A DNA stretch of 60,000 nt from Mobula hypostoma (Eukaryota), in NCBI RefSeq assembly GCF_963921235.1, contig NC_086097.1, positions 61,444,001-61,504,000 on the forward strand. The letters are read 5' to 3'. Of this stretch, positions 10,604 to 22,440 are shown piece after piece. The notes beneath the pieces were generated by a model. The model made no database searches. It was given only the letters and a program-made list of their open reading frames with translations, and was not told the DNA's origin. Each line of letters starts with the position of its first letter. The first letter of the stretch is position 1. The position numbers were made by a program, and so were the translations under genes.

Positions 10604-13600
10604 GTAAGCATTCCATAAACATGTTTCCTCGACTGAAATCAGGTACAATTTTAAATAAATAAAAATGCTACTGTTGATTGTAGTTTAGCTCTGCTGAGGT
10701 CCGGTGGTATCTAGGGCAGGGAGAGCCAGTTATTTTATACTGTGGATGACCGAATACCACATGCGTCTGCGATCCTGTTCATGGCAAAGGTAGCATTAGA
10801 GGGTGAAGTATTTACAATTCAGTTTAAGTCATGTTTTAAAGTTTTTCTCGTAAAGAAAACGACCAAGTGTATGTATGTGGGTTGATTTCTTGCTCGAGCT
10901 TGTACGGATGGTATGTATTTCAATCAAACGTTTTCTGATAACGATGATGATTCCCTGTGATAAGCAAGCTACATGAATTAACGATCATCCTACGATATAA
11001 AAACAACATCCGATCTCTTTAGGAAGGACCATTTAGAGGACATGGCTATGCAGGTGCTCAGTACTAAGAATCGACTTCTTCCTTTCTCCCACTATGTGTG
11101 TGATGCACGGTTTGTTTTTATGGTGAGCATTAACTAATTGCTGATTGCTTCGACCTGTGGGGGGTTAACAAGGTAGCTCTGCCTCTTTGGACAAGTTATT
11201 GTGTTAATTTACTTCTTCTATGCTCCAGTTGATGATCTTCGCTAATATGGTCCAGCGATGCTTGCAGAGGTTAACAAGATCAATTGCTTCTGGATCGGCC
11301 CTCATAAATGTTAAATGTCATATTGTCGCACCTGAATTATTTAAAGCACTAATGCTCATTTGGCACGAACGGTCTAACACTGAGTCGATGCATTTTTTTT
11401 TGTCGAAGGGCTCGTTTTTTTGGTGAATATATGAAGTGACAAGATAGATATTCCAGCCCTTCTTCAAATTTAACATTTAACTCTTAGTTAAGGAGGCATC
11501 TGCTGTGTTTGATGACAAGACCCAATGGCTGCGTTTTAAAGCAATGTATTATCGGGATTAGCAATGCACAGAAGACTATACTGTAGGCTTTACTGCCCTG
11601 GCGGTGCTAGAATTCAGGTTATTGCCACCTCCACTGCACAATATGAAAACCTTGACAGCTCAACGGTATGGAGACCAGAATGAAAAGACCGCTCCTGCAG
11701 GAAACTCAGAGGGCGACAATATAATCTAAGATGCCTTCCAACTTCCTGATTGTAATACAATTCGTGCTAATTAATCCAGAGAGGGCAACGTGTAGTAACC
11801 AGAAGTACAGGAAAACTCTTGATATTATTCAATCCAAACTGCCAGTTTACCACATCTTGCCCACCGATCCACGAAGTAACGAATTTGCACCAGTCCTCAC
11901 TATCCACTGTCGGTTTTAATTGAAATCTTTTAAATATGGTTAGGCCTTGCATGTTTTTCATGGAAAATTCAGAAGAAATGATCATGGTATTTTTGCGGTT
12001 GATGCTATTTCAAGACGAGCACCACTATTGAGTAAGGTGATATACGCTAACAGCTTGGTGTAGGTTGTCACATTTCCAGTATAAATCGAAAGTGAATGAA
12101 ATGTATCAGTTGCGTGCATGCAAATCCTTTTTTTTGTAGTCACTGCAAAAGTAAGCTTAAGATTTTGAGGTTGTTGTAGAAACAATTCTACAGAATTAGA
12201 AATTTGAGCATGAAATGTTACAGATTTGAGATTTGGTGATGTAAATATATGGAACAAAAAATTTCCAGAAGAAATGTAGGAGGAGAGCTACAAACCATTT
12301 TCCCCCCTTCTGGTTGCATCAATTGGTTAAACCAATTTCTGTGAAGTTACTATCAGCCTATGTCATATTCTGGTAGAACTTCAGTGCTCTGGATAGCGAT
12401 TGTATTAGTCTTCTGTTGCCTTCAAGGCTCTTTCGGCAATGTTATCCCAGTCCAGTTGAGGTCCACCTTTCCTTCTATATTAAATAACCATCATACTTTG
12501 AAATGCGTTAATTCTCAAAGAAACTTGATCCTAAATGGAACTAGTCAAGGGACGAACCAGTTTAGCAATTATCATTGAGGTGACGTTTAATGCATAATCA
12601 GTTGGAAGTTATAGGTAGTCACTGGAATCTAAAAGCATTGCTGTTGTGCCATCTTGGTGATACGTACTCACACTATATTATGGAGCTCTCAAGCGTCCAG
12701 CATTATTGATGGGTGCTTAACCTTGGTACACCTGTTCATAACAAGAAATTGAATGTAAATCCATACTAATTTATATTTATTTATTTTTTAACATGTACTT
12801 GCTATTATTTCTCTCACCACTGCCTTTTCATGTAGTTGATTCCTTTATTCTGAGCTGATTCATTGACAGATCTCCTAAATAATCTAAATGTTCTAATTAC
12901 CTGAAAATTGAAACCCTGATATTAGGAGTTTTCTGCATCCATACAGAAAACTCTCAATATTATTGTTTGAATTTCTCCAATCCCTAAAGCATTTTGATAT
13001 GCAAATGTTTAAAATATTTATACCAATTCTAAAATAATGAATAAAATAATGAATAAAATATGAATATCTAATTATAAATATATGGGAAATATGAGTGAAT
13101 GGAAGGAAAATTCTTCATTCTCACCAAATTGCCAAGTATTTTGAATGGATGAGTTCAACAAATGGGAGAAGATATTAACACTACATAGTACATCAGATTA
13201 TTGTCAATGACCTAAAAGCAACATTTTGGTAGAATTTAATCTGGAATATATAAATAATAAACTACTTGAAAGACAGCATTTTACAATATTCTAAGGTATA
13301 CCAAGAATATTAGCAAACTTTCCCCCTCATAATGATTTTTTCATCTTGGAACTTAGAGCACTTAAGTTGTGCACATGTTAATATTGCAGTGAAATTTAAT
13401 TCATTATCCACTTGTGTTGCTTATTCTTTAATTTTGCTTGGCTTTTGAGAATGGAAGCAATGAAATTTAGTGTAGCTGTAATCACTGCAAAATGGAACTT
13501 AAAGGAGATGATTTGAATCCTTTTATGTTAAGATCATGAAACATGTTTATCACTGGTGACATACATTTTATCATTATGGAGATCTAAGAAGATGGATCAG

Positions 13601-15667
13601 AAAACATATAAATGATCATGTGTTTGTTGAAACAACTGCAGAAAATTAGCATATGTGATCTTAAAAAAAAATGTACCTTCTAAATGTATTCTAACAACAC
13701 CCTAATGATAACAAATAAATTACAAAAAATACTTACAATTTACTCCAGGCTTGACAGCATTTTGATTACAACATCCAATGAAGTCTGATTGTAAATAATT
13801 CAGGTTTAGTCATTGCATTTTATTTCCTATTGATTCAAGGCAGAAAGCAACATTATAGAGGAAGCATTTTAGGAATGAAATCCAAAACAAAGCCAACAAT
13901 TGTCAAATTGGACTATTCCTGATTTCAGATTCATTCTAATATGAAGCTTTTTGTAATTCATGAGAGAAAATTTTTGTTTTTGAATAACCATTTTTTACCC
14001 TGCGTACAGATAGAACCAAACCAAATTACCACTAGAAGTATATCAATGTGAAAATCTCCAAACAGGTCTGTTATGGACTGGAAAGAAGCTTGTATTTGGT
14101 GACAGTATTTTTCGATGGAATGATTACATATCTTCCCACCTGAACCAATTTTTCTCAAGATTGCTTGGTCTATCATATTGGTCTATCATGTAGCTCACAT
14201 CATTTTCAGGGAATTTCCATCACCATGAAATACATTTATCAAGCTGCAACTTTGATGACTAAATATAATTCATTCAGCACCTGAAGGAATGAATATTACA
14301 TTTTTTTATATAGAATTACAGACCCACATGTTTATTGGTATGACATATCAATTGGCAAATCACAACTATATAACAATCATGAATGTTTGGATCCTTTGAT
14401 GTGTAATGCATAACACAGAGTTAAGTCAATGCCAATATTGATCAGTAGCAAGAGTTATTTTGTTCTGAATTTAATTGATATCGACCAAATCTGGTTCTGA
14501 TTCAAATAGATCTTGAATCTAATTTAGTGACGCAATTTGTATTGTAATTACTTTGAAGAGTTATAACAATAATAAAAGTCTGAAACTAATATTAATAACA
14601 AATATGCAAAACCAAATTATGATAGACAGTTTATTTAAAATAGGATAGAATCTAGGTTTATATTAATAGTTAGGAAAAGGCTCCCTTAATGCTATCTTTT
14701 TTTTTGTGCACATTAATTTGATTTTGTTAAATTTCAAAAGCAATATTGAAATCATATTCTGTTTGTTTTTTTTTTGGCATACTGTGTTCTACTGCTTCTA
14801 AGAAGGATCAGAAAGATGAACTTTCCTTCTGGTGAATGTAACTATGCTGATAGATTATGTAATACAAACGGTTATGAAAAATATTAATTATAGCTCTAAT
14901 AAACTTCTTGTGTTTCTGCTAGTAATTCCGTTGAGTTCCTCTGAGATTGATGTTGAGCTGTCCCATAGTATTTGAGTGCTTTTGGCTGCTGTACATTTTT
15001 TAAATTGTCAAATTACTAATTATAATGTTAGAAAACTTGCAAATATAATAAAAAATAGCAAAGTATTGCATTTGTCTTAATGAGCATTTTAGTAACTGTC
15101 AATTTCCTAGCAAAAATGACCAACAATATTTCTTAAATCATATACTTCTATATTATGCCTGTTTCAGGTTCTAATGCTGTACCGAGGTTCCAAATTGTAT
15201 GCTGTTCACCCATACTTATTGATTTAATGTTTTCCATTACTGAGTAAGGATTAAAAATTTACCACCAGTGAAATGGAGGATTTAAAGAAAAAAAATTGTA
15301 GTGGCTTCTGTGATATAATGTTTAATATGCCTAAAGCAAACATTATGTTTTAGAACAAGTGATTCACGTATAAAATGTTGGTATTTCCTTCAATCAGCCA
15401 AGCTATTGTGAATTGATATTGCTGTTTTTTTTTATTTTCTACTTAATTATATTAATCTACAACTTGCACACTTCCTTGTCAAACTTGCTTTCTCAGTCAA
15501 GGTTTCTACATAATGTTCTTAATATCTTGTATTGCAACAACTACTTAACAGTTCTACTTAAATGTTATTTAACCAAAAGCCACATAAGAAAAGAAAAAGC
15601 AGTCAGATGATTGCATCCCTCTATTTATCTCTTTGGATCTTGGCAGCACTAAAATCTGCAAGTTTTT

Positions 15668-16185
15668 TTTGTGTATTTAATGTTTCAGTTATATTTGCAT
15701 AAAATTGTAAATGTATTGTGTAAGTATTCATTGTTTAAGTTATACATTATGGGTTATATCTAAAAGTACATGAATGGCATACGTTATTATGTCACCACAT
15801 CATATGTGCGTGCCTCACTAAAAGTAAAACAAAACATGCATGGGTAATCCCCGGGAGGCAAAATGCAGCACAGCACATGCTTCTTTGGGAAGGGACAGAA
15901 ATGTTTGAGTTTTTTTAAAAAAGCAGAAATGGACAAATTCATGATTCATAACCAGTGAGTATTGGGTGATAATAATAAACTAATAAAAAAAAACTTTACA
16001 GTGGTGACGAGGATGTTTTAAATGAACCTGTGATGACTACCTACCCGTTGAAGCACAGCAAGATGTACCAGTTAAGGAAAAGTGCAGCGAGATGTCTGAA
16101 TTAAAAAAACACACTAAAACACATTAACTCCAGCTCCATGTTTTATTTTGATTAGTTTTATGCTTTGGAGTTACAAAACATAACA
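15668..16185 (+). mobile_element. Rearranged LTR retrotransposon (Gypsy-like) remnant in the 5' intron
   Basis: The block ends in ...ggagttacaaaacataaCA and contains TGGTGACGAGGATG at 16002-16015, a 13/14 match to the complement of the tRNA-Ser(GCT) 3' end (primer-binding site). Confidence 0.55.
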
Positions 16186-17929
16186 AACATTTTTCTCAGA
16201 AATTAGGATGGTAGCTAGATTTTTTTTAAATCTCTAAAGGATTTACAAAGCATTTACCCACTTGTATAAATTCTCCACGTTTCGATTTCATCATTTCCCA
16301 GAGTATATATTATCGGTTCTATAGGTGGATTTTTCAGATCATTCTCTATGGATTTACAGTTTCATTTGTTTGAAGGAAACTGAAAGCTGATTCCTCAAAT
16401 ATTTGCTTCAGCATATCTAATTTAAAACATGACCATGTTTTCTATTATGGAATACTCAGACAAATTATGTGTTGAATATAGGTGTGATTATAAGCAGCTG
16501 TTCCTTTCAACTCTATTTTAATTTACACAAAGTTTATTAAACAAGATTGTATTCCTCTCTTTTTCTCAATTTGGATTCAGTGTAATGACTGAGAAATTGT
16601 TTAATCAATGCATGTTTATATGTTTTAAGAGATAATTTGTTTCTTTATGGAAGTTTGTGTCTGTTAGTGATTATGTGAATTCATAAACTCATCAGTGAAA
16701 CAAATATCTTAATGCAGAACATTAAAGTAAGAAATTAATGTTCATAAGTGCTTGGTGGTTCAAATTGCTTTAAATGAAAGATCGAAACAAGGTAGAGTGA
16801 GAAGGAATTGGGTAATTTTATCCTGAAAGAGGACAAGTTAGTTTGGATTCTTTCTTTTGGATCTCTCACAAGCCTTACTAAGTCTTCCCACCATGGCTTC
16901 CAATCTGAACAACCTCCAATTCTTTTTGTCTGAGGAGTAGTAATAGACCCCTGCCTGGGTCACTTAACTCCTGTTCAAAGATTCTAGAGTTTATCTAAAT
17001 CCCAAAACTGCATTCATAAGTCTCATAGATTACTGAGCTATTCTGTGTTTGGAAGCTGAGAGACTTGGATGTCAGGACCCTTATCTCAGTGATTTCAAGT
17101 CCTCTTATCAGTTGTGACAATCCCTAATGGTCTCTTATGAGAAAATTGTTATTACGTAACATGTCATCGCCAAAGAGTTAGATGGGAGATTTGTTTTTTT
17201 AAAATCAATTTTCTTTTCATAACAATTCTGTTCATTATTATGCTTCATACCATGTTTTAGAAATAATTTTTTAAAAGTAATCATTCTCTGTGGAGTATAT
17301 TGCCTTTTAAATATATCATTAGTATTAATAAGCAATTTTTAGTTGTTATTAATTGTAGTGAACCTAAATTTGTCATTAAAGTTCTCAATTGCTTTTTTTA
17401 TATAAGCAGTGAGGTTTAATAATCAAATAGGTGTAATCATGGTATTGAATCCGTATATATATATATATCTAATCAATATGGCATTATGTTATTAATAATG
17501 CAATTATATCTTTCATAACTTTTTTTAGATTATTGCTTTCATTTTAAGAATCTTATTTGATAGTAATTTTCCTTTCGGAACAGATTATATCTTACAGGAC
17601 AATTGTGTGGTGTATTGATAATATGCTATGAAGCTTATATCGAAGCTTTCTGTTGATGGAACAGTTAGAATGTGTATAAATGTAGTAAAGGAGGACTCTT
17701 TCCTACTTGTCATCTGTGAATAAATACCTGGTTTTGGTTAGCATTTCTCAATGATCTAGGCAAGTCTTTGAACAAAACAATGAAGATGTATCCTTTTGTT
17801 TGACAAGCCAACATCAGAGCATCAGCATACAGTAAACTTATGCCATCTTTTATTGTTTATAACAAATAGAAAATTAAAGGCTTTTCTAAACAATGTTTTT
17901 CTATTCCAGGGTAGTTATCCTGAATTACA

Positions 17930-19320
17930 ATGGAAAAACTGTTTTTATATCTGCTGTTAATTGGCATGGCAGTGAAGGCGCAGGTTTGTCCCAAACGCTG
18001 CATCTGTCAGAATCTGTCTCCAAATCTCGCAACTCTTTGTGCCAAAAAAGGACTTCTCTTTGTTCCATCAAACATCGACAGAAGGACAGTCGAGCTACGT
18101 CTGGGAGATAATTTCATTACTATCATCAAAAGAAAAGACTTTGCTAACATGACCAGCCTGGTTGATCTTACCCTGTCAAGGAATACAATAAACTATGTTG
18201 CACCACAAGCTTTTGCAGACCTGCGTAACCTGCGGGCTTTGCATTTGAACAGCAACAGACTAACCCAGATTACAAATGATATATTTAGTGGACTTTCAAA
18301 CCTCCACCATCTCGTAGTCAATAACAATCAACTGGTTGACATTTCCTCTGAAGCTTTCAATGATATTTTACTGTCGCTCGAAGAGTTGGATGTATCCTAT
18401 AATAACTTAAAATCTATACCCTGGGAAGCAGTTCAGAAGATGGTCAACTTGCATACTTTCAGTATGGACCATAATATGATTGAACACATTGATGAGGGAA
18501 CCTTTTCCCACCTTCATAAATTGACTCGATTGGATATGACTTCTAATAAATTGCGGAAGCTCCCGCCTGACCCATTATTCACGAGAGCTCAGGTAATAGC
18601 TTCCTCGGGACTCTTGAGCCCACCCAGCTTTACATTGAGCTTTGGAGGGAATCCTTTGCATTGCAACTGCGAGCTGCTCTGGCTGCGCCGCCTTTCAAGG
18701 GAGGACGACCTGGAGACTTGCGCCTCACCTCCGCACCTAACTGGCCGATACTTTTGGTCAATTCCAGAAGAAGAGTTTATCTGTGACCAGCCGCTCATTA
18801 CTCGCTACACGCATGAGCTTAGAGTTTTAGAAGGACAACGAGCAACACTGAAGTGCAAGGCTATTGGGGACCCAGATCCCTCCATCCACTGGAGTTCACC
18901 TGAAGGCAAGCTTATTTCAAATTCGTCACGAACAGCCTTATACAGTAATGGAACTTTAGACATCCTGATAACGACTGTCAAAGATACAGGCACTTTCACC
19001 TGCATTGCTTCGAATGCTGCTGGAGAAACCACTGCTGTGGTGGAACTTCATATAATCAAACTCCCACATCTAGTCAACAGTACAAACCATATTCATGAGC
19101 CTGATCCTGGTTCATCAGACATTTCAACTTCCACTAAATCTGGCTCCAATACTAGTAACAGTGTTAGTGACACGAAAGCCAAGCCAGAAAAGAGGGTGGC
19201 GGTTGCTGAAACATCATCATCATCTGCACTGATTAAATTTAATTTGCAACATAATATCCCTGGCATTCGTATGTTCCAGATTCAGTATAATGGCTCTTAT
19301 GATGACTCACTTGTTTACAG
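17930..19320 (+). CDS. LRFN5: LRFN5/SALM5-like adhesion protein, coding exon 1 (signal peptide, LRRNT, LRRs, LRRCT, Ig domain, start of FN3)
   Basis: The [30 protein letters not shown]...[17 protein letters not shown]...[11 protein letters not shown] closely matches recalled vertebrate LRFN5. Acceptor ttttctattccAG ends at 17909, ATG is at 17930 (ACAATGG context), and the donor is TACAG|GTAAGT at 19320/19321 (phase 2). Confidence 0.95.
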
Positions 19321-20028
19321 GTAAGTCAGATCAACTGTATCTTCACTGTAGTGTGCAAAGTTGTCAATCCAATATTGATTTTGTTAATGCAGTTGTTTGA
19401 GGTACATTACTGGAGGTGAAATCATTGGCACGTTACAGTTTCATGTGAGCTTTTGTAAGGATGTGGTCAATTATTAATGCAATGTTTTTCTTTGTACAGC
19501 AATGAATAAGCAAGAGTAGAGTTTTTATAGAACATATATTGATTTTTAATCCCATAAAACAATCTTGTTTTATTTGTGCATGCTGGCTCATTGCAAATCA
19601 AGACTATATACAAAGGGTTGGCTGTTCTATAATGTTATTTAAATAGAAATGAAAAAAAGCACTTTGGATTAAAACATTCAAAGTTAATCCAGCTGTGACT
19701 TTCATAATAATTGATCTGTTAATCTTGTGGATTGTTTGCATGGAGATTAACATTTTGCCTTTTTATGCACTTGCAATAATATCAGAGATTTTATGTGTTT
19801 TTAAAGAAAATATGCATCTGATGTGGTTCACAGATTAGCCAGTAAAGTTTGATAGTTCTTTCAACAGTTGATATAGTACTCTCATTGATAAGTTTGCATA
19901 TCAGTCACATGTCAACCTCAACTGCATGCGCTTTTATCCATAAAATTCTAGTAACAAATAAAGTACTTGTATTCTAATTAAGAAGTGTTTAACAGTATTC
20001 TAATTTTAGTCCACATATTGTCCTTCAG
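19321..20028 (+). other. GT-AG intron (708 nt) splitting the FN3 domain
   Basis: Canonical GTAAGT donor and TTCAG acceptor. The frame is restored across the junction, at the YR|MIP position typical of LRFN genes. Confidence 0.93.
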
Positions 20029-20968
20029 AATGATTCCTTCCACAAGCAAAACATTCCTTGTTACTAACCTGGCTGCAGGAACACAGTATGATTTGTGTGT
20101 CTTGGCAATCTACGATGATGGCATCACGTCTCTCACAGCTACTAGGGTTGTTGGCTGCATACAGTTTACCACAGATGAGGATTATGTCCGCTGCCATTTT
20201 ATGCCCTCCCAGTTTCTGGGAGGAACCATGATAATTATAATAGGTGGAATTATTGTAGCTTCTGTGTTGGTCTTCATTATTATACTGATGATTCGATATA
20301 AGGTGTGTAATAATGACTCGCACAAGATCACAAAGGTTAGTAACGTCTACTCGCAGACAAATGGAGCTCACTTGCAAATGTGTGGTGGCATGTTTCCTCA
20401 TTCAAATTCTAAAGTCATCATGGGACATGAAGAAAATGCACAGTATCAGAAAGATCCCAGTACAGCCAAAACACAGCCATTGGATTCTGTTTCAATCCAG
20501 GACTGTGCTACTGCTACCTCCACCATGTCACCTGACTGGACTACAGGTGTCAGTACATCTCAAAAGCTGAAAAGAAAGGCTGGGCCAAAGTCAAGTGTTG
20601 AAACACCAATGGAAGCTTTCACCAATGTCGAGATATCCAAAAAGAAAAGGGAAAATACTGCCATTTTACACAAGCCGTTTTGTGCTCCAGTTTCTTTGAA
20701 AGAGACTCCCACTTTTAGACGAGCACAATCCAAGCCCATCAAATACCTTACTCTGCCAGCTGAAACAAGCAGAGCTAAGCGGAGGTACTCGCTCAATGGA
20801 GATTTATCGGAGTATCATTGCTATACTCATTCACAAAATATTAGCAGCCTATGGTCAAAAAGAAGCGTGTCCATGAATGGGATGCTATTACAGTTGGAAA
20901 GTTCTGATGGTGATAGTGGGAAAGCCACCTTCTCAAGTTCTGAATGGATAATGGAAAGCACCGTGTGA
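20029..20968 (+). CDS. LRFN5: LRFN5/SALM5-like, coding exon 2 (rest of FN3, transmembrane helix, cytoplasmic tail ending ESTV)
   Basis: Acceptor tccttcAG ends at 20028, and AG|A completes an Arg codon before [13 protein letters not shown] helix [22 protein letters not shown] lies at about 20228-20293, and the TGA is at 20966-20968. The spliced CDS is 1391+940=2331 nt (776 aa). Confidence 0.93.
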
Positions 20969-21406
20969 CATTTTAAATGTTACAATGAAGGGCACTGCCT
21001 TGTAAGAGTTTTGGAATTCTATGCTTGTCTTTCTGTTTGATGGCATTTCCAGCAAGGTAGTAATGAACTGGCTCTCATGCACACAATTCTTTCACAGATA
21101 TTGGCAGCACTGAAAGACATGATGGTGAGGCATGACTTTGCACCAGTGCCTTATCCTCCTTTAAGGATGGGCTTTCTGGTTCTGGAGTATGGGATAAATG
21201 AGTGAAAACATTTTCACAGAAGCCTTTGACCAAGGAAATATGGTTTCCTGCATCTTAAAGAAAAATAACCTATTTATGGACAACTTAATAAATTGATATT
21301 TTTTAAAATTTGAGATGTATGTTTCTTTCCAGTGACAATGGTAAATGCCTTTCATTTTCAGGCAAATGCTGTACAGATAAAACAACTCTGTTGTTATGTT
21401 GTGTAC

Positions 21407-21420
21407 AATAAAGGATTAAA
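21407..21420 (+). terminator. Candidate polyadenylation signals AATAAA (21407-21412) and ATTAAA (21415-21420)
   Basis: They lie about 440 nt after the stop codon and are preceded by TGTA motifs. A more distal site cannot be excluded. Confidence 0.55.
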
Positions 21421-22086
21421 TAAGTATACTCGGCCAGTGTTAGTACAATGAATAGCTGTTATATGTGCAATTAAGCAGAGCCTGAAAATTGTGGTTGCCC
21501 AGTCCAGACTGGTGGAGATACTCCATGCTGCCCAGCCAAGTAATCTAAAATGATTGAGTTTTCATAATGAGGGTGCCGGTGCTGTATCAGGGAAAAAAAA
21601 GTAATGGTTGTGGTAATGTAATTTTTGCATTTAAATCAAGTATTCCTATTCTGACTACCACTCGAAGGAGCCATTAAATGAAAATACTGCCACTCAAAGA
21701 CACTGCATTTGAGCCAGTGAATTAAATATTTCAACTGGTTCTAATGTTATTTTTGTGAAATTTCCCTAAAAAAAATGTGCACAAGGAGCACTGTACACAC
21801 TAGAACCTGCAAAGAAGCTGATAAACAGATTTATTTAATCTAACAGCAGACCAAGTATTCAAGTAGAAAGACATTTTTTACAAAGCACATGACCTTAGTG
21901 TGATGTTCGAGGAACCCAACTGCTAAAATCATTATTCACCTGGTAGAGATGCGTAATTAGACAATATTTTAGATTAATGGGCTGATGTGTTCTGAGCTAA
22001 AATGCAGCCAAAGTTGATCATAGTTCTGAGCCATTTAATTACAGGGATAAATACAACAGTGTTAATTAAAAACTCTGTGCCAAGTT

Positions 22087-22440
22087 GTAGCATAGTGGCA
22101 CAGCTGAAAGAGCTGCTGCCATGCATCATCGGAGACTTGGGTTCAATTCTGACCTCTGGTGCTGTCAGCATGGAGTTTGCATATTTTCCCTGTGACCACA
22201 TGTGTTTCCTCCAGGGGCTTCAATTTCCTCCCGCATCCCAAAGATATGTGATTTGATAGATTAATTGGACAGTACAAATTGCCTTTAATGTGCAAGTGAG
22301 TGGCAGCATCTGGGAGGAATTGGTGAGAATGTGGAGAAAAGTGAAAGTGAGATTAATATAGGAGTAGTGTAAATGGATGATTGACGCTCAACATGGACTT
22401 GCTGAGCTAAAGGTCCTGTTTCCGTGGTGTATCTTTCTAC
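22087..22440 (+). mobile_element. V-SINE (HE1-like) with LINE-derived tail
   Basis: A-box tggcacagctg, B-box ggttcaattct, V-domain ggagtttgcatattttccctgtgacc...tttcctcc...tttcctcccgcatcccaaaga and CR1-like tail gctaaaggtcctgtttccgtg. Confidence 0.85.

Larger units (their letters stand above)
8200..11430 (+). promoter_or_regulatory. CpG-rich region, putative promoter and 5' non-coding exons of the LRFN5-like gene
   Basis: CpG dinucleotides are visibly much more frequent than in the AT-rich, CpG-depleted flanks. No repeats are recognisable here, and the region lies about 7-9 kb upstream of the first coding exon. The TSS cannot be placed from sequence alone. Confidence 0.7.

Noticed and set aside
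8443..12578. Cluster of 60-95 aa ORFs in the CpG-rich region
   Set aside because: No recognisable domains or splice-consistent structure. Such ORFs are expected by chance in GC-richer sequence, though some may be uORFs.
17454..17468. (TA)n microsatellite, plus the G-run at about 28877-28888, the C-run at about 33115-33126 and the AAAATAATGAAT duplication at about 13031-13058
   Set aside because: Ordinary short simple repeats with no sign of function.
19985..20028. N-terminal extension [14 protein letters not shown] of the 327-aa ORF
   Set aside because: It is intronic. The acceptor at 20027-20028 joins in frame to the upstream exon.
22087..22160. tRNA-like A/B boxes as a tRNA gene
   Set aside because: No cloverleaf is evident and the sequence continues into a V-domain and LINE tail, so it is a SINE head.
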